64,000 bases of DNA from a virus. How positions within the stretch are numbered: position 1 is the first letter of the stretch; each line of letters starts with the position of its first letter. The stretch lies in the IMG/VR virus record IMGVR_UViG_3300037232_000040, one strand, 5' to 3'. A program made the translations under genes and the position numbers. The notes under the pieces were generated by a model. The model did not search any database, was not told the origin of the DNA, and was given only the letters and a program-made list of their open reading frames with translations. Of this stretch, positions 58,027 to 64,000 are shown in pieces.

Positions 58027-58284
58027 ATGTTGTGCGAACAGCTCGGTTGTAACAGCTATACTGACGGTGTTTCGTCGCTATGCACGCAGCACCAGCCCCA
58101 GCCCCAGCCCTCAGAGCGGCTTATATTTCCTAAGGAGAAGCTGCTTACTGATCTGTTTGGCGGCCAGCCCCAAGCCCAGGAGGTGGTGCTGCCTGTTGGG
58201 AAGGGTGCCACCCCGGTTGACACAGCTGTACCACCTATCCCAGCAGCGGATGGTGCAGTGATCAAAGGTAAGGGCAAGCTCTAA
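58027..58284 (+). CDS. hypothetical protein
   Basis: Track ORF of 85 aa. Confidence 0.4.
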   Translation: MLCEQLGCNSYTDGVSSLCTQHQPQPQPSERLIFPKEKLLTDLFGGQPQAQEVVLPVGKGATPVDTAVPPIPAADGAVIKGKGKL

Positions 58285-58358
58285 GCTACAGGGGGCCACC
58301 AGTTTAAGGAGTAGTAACCAGGGTTGATTTTAAGAGGGTACTAACAGGAGAAAACAAG

Positions 58359-59147
58359 ATGGTAAATAAGAAAGTGGTAAGTGGTAAAGGTACCAGTATG
58401 GTGAAGTGGGACGAGAAGTTTGCCGCGATGGCCAAGAAGAGCGCTAAGATTGTAAGCGGCATTGGTGGTGACAGCAACTTTATAAAGTTGCAGGGCGGCC
58501 AACTGCAGTACCAAGGTGCCGCCGTGCCCGGTAACAGCATGGACGTGGTAATTATTGACCACGTGTTGGTGAACATGTTGTACAAGGATAAGTTTGACTC
58601 TAACAACCCCACCAGCCCGATATGTTTTGCTTTTGGGGAAACCGTGGAGGAAATGGTGCCGCCTAAGGAAGCACATGAGCCGCAGAACGATGGTGAAGGC
58701 TGTGCCACTTGTCCAAATAACGAGTGGGGCACTGCCGACACAGGCCGGGGTAAGCGCTGCAAAAACAGCGTCAGGTTGGCCATGATCAGCATTGAGGATT
58801 TGAAGGACATACCCGAGGCCGAAGTGGCATTTATGCACGTGCCGGTTACTAGCGTGAAGTTGTGGGCTGGGTACGTGCGCATGTTGGACGACACGCACCA
58901 CCGTCCATCGCTGGGTGTGGTTACGCGCATTACTGTAGTGCCGGACAAGGACACACAGTTCAAAGTTAAATTTGACTTGGTTGAACTGACTGAAGACAAC
59001 GAGCAGATTGCCGCACTGTTTGCAAAGTACGAGCAGGTAAACCAAACAATCCGGTTCCCGTTTGTGTTTGTTGAAAGTGAAAACAAACCCGTGGCCAGCG
59101 GCAAGGCGCGGAAGTTTGCGGCACTGGCAGGCAAGGGCAGGAAGTAA
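58359..59147 (+). CDS. hypothetical protein of the replication module (CxxC...C motif, basic C-tail)
   Basis: Track ORF of 262 aa with GEGCATCPNNEWGTADTGRGKRCKN. An ssDNA-binding role is only a positional guess. Confidence 0.55.
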   Translation: MVNKKVVSGKGTSMVKWDEKFAAMAKKSAKIVSGIGGDSNFIKLQGGQLQYQGAAVPGNSMDVVIIDHVLVNMLYKDKFDSNNPTSPICFAFGETVEEMVPPKEAHEPQNDGEGCATCPNNEWGTADTGRGKRCKNSVRLAMISIEDLKDIPEAEVAFMHVPVTSVKLWAGYVRMLDDTHHRPSLGVVTRITVVPDKDTQFKVKFDLVELTEDNEQIAALFAKYEQVNQTIRFPFVFVESENKPVASGKARKFAALAGKGRK

Positions 59148-59186
59148 AGAGTAGGCTACTTGGCAGTTGTGTACAGTTTAACTAGG

Positions 59187-59216
59187 GGCAGCGTAGCTGG
59201 TGCGCTGCCTCTGTTT
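59187..59216 (+). terminator. hairpin plus T-rich tail after 58359..59147
   Basis: ggcagcg / cgctgcc is a 7-bp stem with a 9-nt loop, followed by tctgttt. Confidence 0.35.
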
Positions 59217-59247
59217 AAACTTGGAGAAGCAAATCCATAGGAGGATT

Positions 59248-59442
59248 ATGACAGCAAGGGAAATTGATAAAGCTTTGGACAATTGGCTTGTACTTAACAA
59301 GGTGCTGCGTACGATAGACATAGATGATTGTAAGGAGATGCTAAGTACAGAGCAGGCTGGCAAACGCCGCTTGAATTACATGCTGCGCATTTATGGGCGG
59401 TATAACCGGCTACGTAGTGACCGCGAGAGGAGGGAATTATGA
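59248..59442 (+). CDS. hypothetical protein (64 aa)
   Basis: TAGGAGGA RBS with ATG at 59248. Confidence 0.45.
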   Translation: MTAREIDKALDNWLVLNKVLRTIDIDDCKEMLSTEQAGKRRLNYMLRIYGRYNRLRSDRERREL

Positions 59443-59591
59443 CAGCATCAGAAATACAAAGCAACATAGAACGGTTGCGTAGTACAGCTTCACCTAGTCG
59501 GCTAAGAATCGTATAGGTGCAGCAACTAAGAAACGCTGGGCTAACAAAGCATATAGGGAAAAGCTGCGTAAAGCGCACCAAAAAGTAAACA

Positions 59592-61478
59592 ATGTCTGTT
59601 CCTAAACCAATAGTTCTGGATTTTGAAACTGAGGCCATTGAGCGCAGACCGCAGTACCCACCCAAGCCCGCAGGGGTTGCCATTAAGTGGTCTGCACAGA
59701 AAATTAACAAGTACTACAGCTGGGCACACGACAGTGATAATAACTGTACCAAGGCGGATGCGCAAAAGGTGCTGTGTGATGCGTACCGTAGTGGTGAACC
59801 GCTGTTGTTCCAAAACGGTAAGTTTGATACCGATGTAGCAGCCACGCATATGGGCTTGCCGGTGCCTAGTTGGGAGCGCATACATGATACTTTGTTTTTG
59901 CTGTTCCTTGAGAACCCGCACGCCACTAGCCTGAGCCTTAAGCCCAGTGCCCAGCGTTTGCTGGGTATAAAGCCCAGCGAGCGGGATGCTTTGCACACAT
60001 GGATAACCACCAACATACCGGCAGCCAAGCGCAAGCCTAGCGAGGCCGGTGCTTACATTGCGCGTGCACCGGGCAGCTTAGTAGGCCGTTACGCACTGCA
60101 GGGCGATGTACGCAGCACTGAGAAACTGTTTAGGCACCTGTACCCCATCATAAGTAAACGTGGGATGCTAGAAGCTTACGACCGTGAGCGGCATTTAATG
60201 CCTATACTGCTGCGCAATGAGCAAGAAGGTATACGTGTAGATTTGCCGCGCATGGAGTGTGACTACGCTGTGTACTGTGCGGCCTTGGAAAAGGCTGATA
60301 ATTGGCTGCGTAAGACACTAGGTGTGCCGGGGCTTAACCTGGATGCTGATAAAGACGTGGGTAATGCCTTGGATGCCAGCGGCACGGTTACAGAGTGGGT
60401 GTACACCAAACCCACTAAGGGACACCCACAGGGCCAACGCAGCGTAGCTAAGAAGAACATGACACTGGACATGTTCAACAATGCTAAAGTGGCCAGCGTA
60501 TACGGTTACCGCACGCGGCTTAAGACTTGCCTGAGTATGTTCTTTACTCCATGGCTGGAGCAGGCGCGGGCCACCGACGGGTTTATACACACCAGTTGGA
60601 ACCAAGTAAGGCAGACGCACGGTAATGAGAACATGGCCGGGGCGCGTACCGGGCGGTTAAGCAGCACGCCTAACTTCCAGAATATACCGAAGATGTTTGA
60701 AGACCGTGGTGATGGGTTTGTACATCCTAAGTTTTTGAACGTACCACCGCTACCGCTTATGCGCAGCTACCTGCTGCCCGATAAGGGCGAGGTATGGGGC
60801 CACCGCGACTATAGCCAGCAGGAGCTACGCATACTGGCCCACTTTGAAGATGGTGCTTTGTTACAGGCGTACTTAGCCGATCCTAAGCTGGACGTGCACG
60901 GGTTGGTGCACAGCATGATTTTGGAAAAGGTGAAGCGCGACTTTATACGCCTGCGCGTTAAACAGTTTGTGTTTCAGAAAATATACGGCGGTGGGTGGCC
61001 TGCGCTAACAGCCGCGTTGGGCTGTGATATGCCCACGGCCAAGCTGGTAGTAGCGGCCATGATGCAAGCGTTACCCGGTTACGAAACATTAGAAGCTGAC
61101 ATTAAGGCTACGGGCCGGGCCGGGCTGGCTATACGTACTTGGGGCGGCAGAGAGTATTATACAGAGCCGCCTAAGTTTGTGAAGAAGTATGGCCGAGTAA
61201 TGACGTTTGACTACAAGCTGATGAACTACCTTATTCAAGGTAGCGCCGGAGATTGCACTAAGGAGGCACTGATACGGTACGACGAACACCCTAAGCGCGA
61301 GGCACGTATGTTGGTAAGTGTGCACGACGAAATTAACAGCAGCATGGCCAAGAAGCGCTTTAAGCTGGAGATGGAACTACTGCGTGAAGTAATGCAAAGT
61401 ATTCAGTTCGATTTGCCAATGCTTTCGGAGGGAAAGTTTGGTAATGACTGGGGTCATCTAACCAAGATGGAGGCATAG
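59592..61478 (+). CDS. family A DNA polymerase with 3'-5' exonuclease domain
   Basis: Exo I is VLDFETEA. Motif A is DYSQQELRILAH, motif B is RVKQFVFQKIYGGG and motif C is SVHDEI. Confidence 0.9.
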   Translation: MSVPKPIVLDFETEAIERRPQYPPKPAGVAIKWSAQKINKYYSWAHDSDNNCTKADAQKVLCDAYRSGEPLLFQNGKFDTDVAATHMGLPVPSWERIHDTLFLLFLENPHATSLSLKPSAQRLLGIKPSERDALHTWITTNIPAAKRKPSEAGAYIARAPGSLVGRYALQGDVRSTEKLFRHLYPIISKRGMLEAYDRERHLMPILLRNEQEGIRVDLPRMECDYAVYCAALEKADNWLRKTLGVPGLNLDADKDVGNALDASGTVTEWVYTKPTKGHPQGQRSVAKKNMTLDMFNNAKVASVYGYRTRLKTCLSMFFTPWLEQARATDGFIHTSWNQVRQTHGNENMAGARTGRLSSTPNFQNIPKMFEDRGDGFVHPKFLNVPPLPLMRSYLLPDKGEVWGHRDYSQQELRILAHFEDGALLQAYLADPKLDVHGLVHSMILEKVKRDFIRLRVKQFVFQKIYGGGWPALTAALGCDMPTAKLVVAAMMQALPGYETLEADIKATGRAGLAIRTWGGREYYTEPPKFVKKYGRVMTFDYKLMNYLIQGSAGDCTKEALIRYDEHPKREARMLVSVHDEINSSMAKKRFKLEMELLREVMQSIQFDLPMLSEGKFGNDWGHLTKMEA

Positions 61479-61479
61479 T

Positions 61480-62061
61480 ATGTTCTGCACAACTGTAGAA
61501 GCAACCAAGGGCGAGCAGCTTAAAGTAATTCGGTGGCAGTACAAACCGGAGACTAAGCTCCTGGCAGGCCGTTGGGTACCGCTGGCTGCTTACTTAACCG
61601 TTAGCTTAGACAAGGCACCGCGTAGGTTGGCTGCGCAGCCGTGGGTGCTGGAACTGCAGCAACGGCAGAACGCCGCTGCACAGCTCGCTGAGGCCGGTAA
61701 GGGTATCGGCACACAGCAGGCCGTTACAGAGCCACCAGATGCTCCCTGCGTACACTGCGGTAAGCCTCGTAAGGGCAACCACTACCAAACTGGGGCTTGC
61801 TTTACTGGGGACCACAGTTACCAGCCGCGAGTGCGGGGTATCGAGGAAATACTTGCACAGCTGGTAGAAAGTCAAGAGGACGCTGCACTAGATGAACTGC
61901 TAGACCTAACTGTAGAAGTTGTGCCCTATGCAGGTGTGGACGTTAGTACAGATGGCGAGCAGGTGCACCGTGACGTAGGTGAAGTACTTAACCAGCAGGG
62001 CTGTGTAGTACACACTGAGCCTGGCCGTATTTTTAGCATAGAAGAAAAGGAGAGTAAGTAA
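61480..62061 (+). CDS. hypothetical protein
   Basis: Track ORF of 193 aa, starting 2 nt after the polymerase stop. Confidence 0.55.
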   Translation: MFCTTVEATKGEQLKVIRWQYKPETKLLAGRWVPLAAYLTVSLDKAPRRLAAQPWVLELQQRQNAAAQLAEAGKGIGTQQAVTEPPDAPCVHCGKPRKGNHYQTGACFTGDHSYQPRVRGIEEILAQLVESQEDAALDELLDLTVEVVPYAGVDVSTDGEQVHRDVGEVLNQQGCVVHTEPGRIFSIEEKESK

Positions 62062-62062
62062 A

Positions 62063-62737
62063 TTGGTCATACCCGTACTGCAGAAAATATTGGCTTGGAG
62101 TTTCAGCCGGTATATGGATTACCACAAGTGCCCAGCGCTGGCAAAGTACAAGCATGTGCTCAAGTTGAAAGAGCCGGATAACGAAGCCATGGCTGGTGGT
62201 ACGCTAGCCCATAAACAAGCGGAGGACTACACCACTGGCAAGTTAAAGAAACTGCCCGAAAGATGTAAACAGTTTCCTAAGGAGTTTGCCGCGCTTAGAA
62301 AAGCCAAGGCACTGGTAGAGCAGCAGTGGGCATTTAATCGTAAGTGGGAAGAGGTAAGTTGGTTTGCTAAGGACGCGTGGCTGCGTATTAAAGTGGACGC
62401 GCACACTTTGCAGGGTACTAAGGTGCACATTGTTGATCACAAGACAGGCAAGGAGCATGAACCTGACCATGGCTGGCAACGCGACCTATACGCGCTTGGA
62501 GCTTTGCTTAAGTACCTATGGGCTACAGAAGTAGTAGCGGAGCATTGGTATCTAGATGCGGGTGTGGCGCGTGGCGGCGACGTTGTGTACACATTTAAGG
62601 ACTTGCCCCGGCTTAAGCAGGAGTGGGTAGACCGCACTGCCAACATGCTGCAGGATACGCGGTTTGCGCCGTGCCCGGGGCATTACTGCAAGTGGTGCCA
62701 TTTCCGCCGTGATAATGGAGGACCATGCAAATTTTAG
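62063..62737 (+). CDS. PD-(D/E)XK Cas4-like exonuclease
   Basis: N-terminal Cys (YHKCPA). Nuclease core is RIKVDAH ... IVDHKTGK. C-terminal CPGHYCKWC cluster. Confidence 0.75.
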   Translation: MVIPVLQKILAWSFSRYMDYHKCPALAKYKHVLKLKEPDNEAMAGGTLAHKQAEDYTTGKLKKLPERCKQFPKEFAALRKAKALVEQQWAFNRKWEEVSWFAKDAWLRIKVDAHTLQGTKVHIVDHKTGKEHEPDHGWQRDLYALGALLKYLWATEVVAEHWYLDAGVARGGDVVYTFKDLPRLKQEWVDRTANMLQDTRFAPCPGHYCKWCHFRRDNGGPCKF

Positions 62738-62910
62738 TCGGGTTTATATCCGGGGCGTTATTGACTTTGTTTGCCGTAGGCTGGCACCGTGCTTATTTTG
62801 TAGCCACGGTTACAAACCGGGTTAGAAACGAGCAATGGTGTATTGATTCTGCATGGGCTAAGTCTCACAGTAGCTTACCGCCACCGCCTAACGAGTGTGT
62901 AGTGAAATGA
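62725..62910 (+). CDS. small membrane protein
   Basis: Track ORF with TM segment ILVGFISGALLTLFAVGW. Confidence 0.35.
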   Translation: MQILVGFISGALLTLFAVGWHRAYFVATVTNRVRNEQWCIDSAWAKSHSSLPPPPNECVVK

Positions 62911-63335
62911 CTAACTGGGTAGCCATCAACCGTGCCGCTAAGCGAGCCATGGCACACAAAGAGGAAGCAGGCGTGGAAAGCCACGTTGCTTCCTATGCCT
63001 TACGCACCTACGGCTGGGAAAGCATAAAGCTAAACTTGATGGGCCGCCGCAGCCAGCCCGACAGGTTGTTCTACGCCAAGGGTGGTGTGCCACTGCTGAT
63101 AGAGTTCAAGCGTAGGGGTAAGAAGCCCGAACTGTTGCAGCAGCACACAATTAGTAAACTACGGGAGGCAGGCTATGCAGTTGCGTCGTGCGATTCTAGA
63201 GAAGCAGGTTGTCGAGTTATTGACCAGTGGGCGGCAGCCTGCAAAGCAGGTACCCAAGCTGTGGAGGCCACACGGTTATCAGCGGGCGAGTGTGGAATTT
63301 CTGCTAGGGCAAAGGGCAAGCGGACTCTTCCTTGA
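62907..63335 (+). CDS. VRR-NUC domain nuclease
   Basis: ATGA overlap start. SQPDRLFYAKGGVPLLIEFKRRGKKP is the VRR-NUC D...E.K core. The 3' end overlaps the SNF2 start by ~160 nt, so the true stop is uncertain. Confidence 0.6.
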   Translation: MTNWVAINRAAKRAMAHKEEAGVESHVASYALRTYGWESIKLNLMGRRSQPDRLFYAKGGVPLLIEFKRRGKKPELLQQHTISKLREAGYAVASCDSREAGCRVIDQWAAACKAGTQAVEATRLSAGECGISARAKGKRTLP

Positions 63336-64000
63336 TCCCGGAATGGGCAAAACTAGTATTACCCTTAAAGCCTTTGACGTGTTACGGCAAGAAGGTATGG
63401 TTAAGCGAATGTTAGTTATAGCACCGCTGCGGCCATGCTACCTTGTATGGCCTGCGGAGATAGATGAGTGGCAGAATTTTTCCCATCTGCGTTATAGCAT
63501 ACTGCACGGCGGGCAGCGCCAGATGCAGACTGCACTGGAGCAGGACGCCGACGTGTACATTATTAATCCCGAAGGGTTGCCTTGGCTAATGAGCGAAGGC
63601 CGCTTGAAGCAGCTGGGAGCGCAGGTATTAACGATTGATGAAAGCAGTAAGTTTCGGCATTGCAACACCCGTAGGTTTAAGCTGCTTAAGCCCGCGCTGA
63701 AAACTTTTGACTGGCGGTGGATACTTACTGGCAGCCCCAACTCTAACGGCTACCTTGATTTGTTTGGGCAAGTGTACCTGCTGGATTTAGGTGCAGCGTT
63801 GGGGCAGTACATAACACACTATCGTCAACAGTATTTCTACCCTACCGGGTACGGCGGTTACACGTGGAAGCTGCAGGATGGCGCTGAAGAGCGGATACAC
63901 AAGGTGCTAAAGCCGTTGGTGTTGCGCTTAGACGCGGAGGACTACTTAAAGGTACCTAAGCCGGAGCCCAATATTATTCGCGTTGACTTGTCTGCCAATG
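63175..64000 (+). CDS. SNF2-family helicase, N-terminal part (runs off the window)
   Basis: GGGAGG RBS with ATG at 63175. Motif I is LDPGMGKTS and motif II is TIDESSKFR. Still open at 64000. Confidence 0.8.
   Translation, partial: MQLRRAILEKQVVELLTSGRQPAKQVPKLWRPHGYQRASVEFLLGQRASGLFLDPGMGKTSITLKAFDVLRQEGMVKRMLVIAPLRPCYLVWPAEIDEWQNFSHLRYSILHGGQRQMQTALEQDADVYIINPEGLPWLMSEGRLKQLGAQVLTIDESSKFRHCNTRRFKLLKPALKTFDWRWILTGSPNSNGYLDLFGQVYLLDLGAALGQYITHYRQQYFYPTGYGGYTWKLQDGAEERIHKVLKPLVLRLDAEDYLKVPKPEPNIIRVDLSAN

Noticed and set aside
59439-59591. Short frames upstream of the polymerase gene (MTASEIQSNIERLRSTASPSRLRIV; ..KKRWANKAYREKLRKAHQK) that recall C-terminal tails of phage homing endonucleases
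   Set aside because: Only about 25-30 codons remain in each frame, and no catalytic GIY-YIG or HNH motif is left. The resemblance rests on memory of a loose K/R-W-x-x-x-x-Y-R-E-K pattern, which is insufficient to call even a pseudogene.

Overview
The window reads as most of a tailed dsDNA phage or prophage genome. No rRNA, tRNA, CRISPR array, integrase, recognisable cI/Cro-type repressor or DNA methyltransferase was found.

Layout:
- 1-6567 (+): early and recombination block. It holds an ERF-type annealing protein, a ParB-like protein, two DUF3310-like proteins and two copies of an unusual Cys-x-x tandem-repeat gene.
- 6753-42183 (-): one long leftward late block. In transcription order it runs small ORFs, TerS, TerL, a 4.6-kb inserted fibre-like module, portal, SPP1-gp7-like head protein, XkdF-type protease/scaffold, capsid, connectors, major tail, G/T chaperones, tape measure, a GTA/HK97-like distal tail set (DUF2460-like, BR0599-like, NlpC/P60, gpJ-like host-specificity protein), giant beta-helix fibre proteins, then a lysis cassette ending in a papain-family protease.
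- 42184-43650: non-coding control region with a (TGTGTTG)15 microsatellite, nested 76-bp repeats, palindromic operator-like sites and an AT-rich tract.
- 43650-64000 (+): replication block with Toprim/P-loop primase-helicase, DnaJ-like protein, family A DNA polymerase, Cas4-like nuclease, VRR-NUC and SNF2 helicase. It is interrupted by GC3-richer accessory islands at about 46540-49060, 50811-54424 and 55385-56610.

Most unusual observations:
- proteins built almost entirely of Cys-x-x triplets;
- two DDE-less IS1595-type Zn-ribbon/HTH paralogs inside accessory cassettes that also carry hyper-repetitive proteins;
- an intein-like Hint domain ending the host-specificity protein;
- Sec-type signal peptides on all three giant beta-helix fibre-like proteins and on a small repeat-flanked peptide gene;
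- short exact repeats (35 bp, 29 bp, 25 bp) shared between distant loci.

All functional calls come from reading motifs by eye, with no database search. Start codons, domain borders and family names should be treated as provisional.
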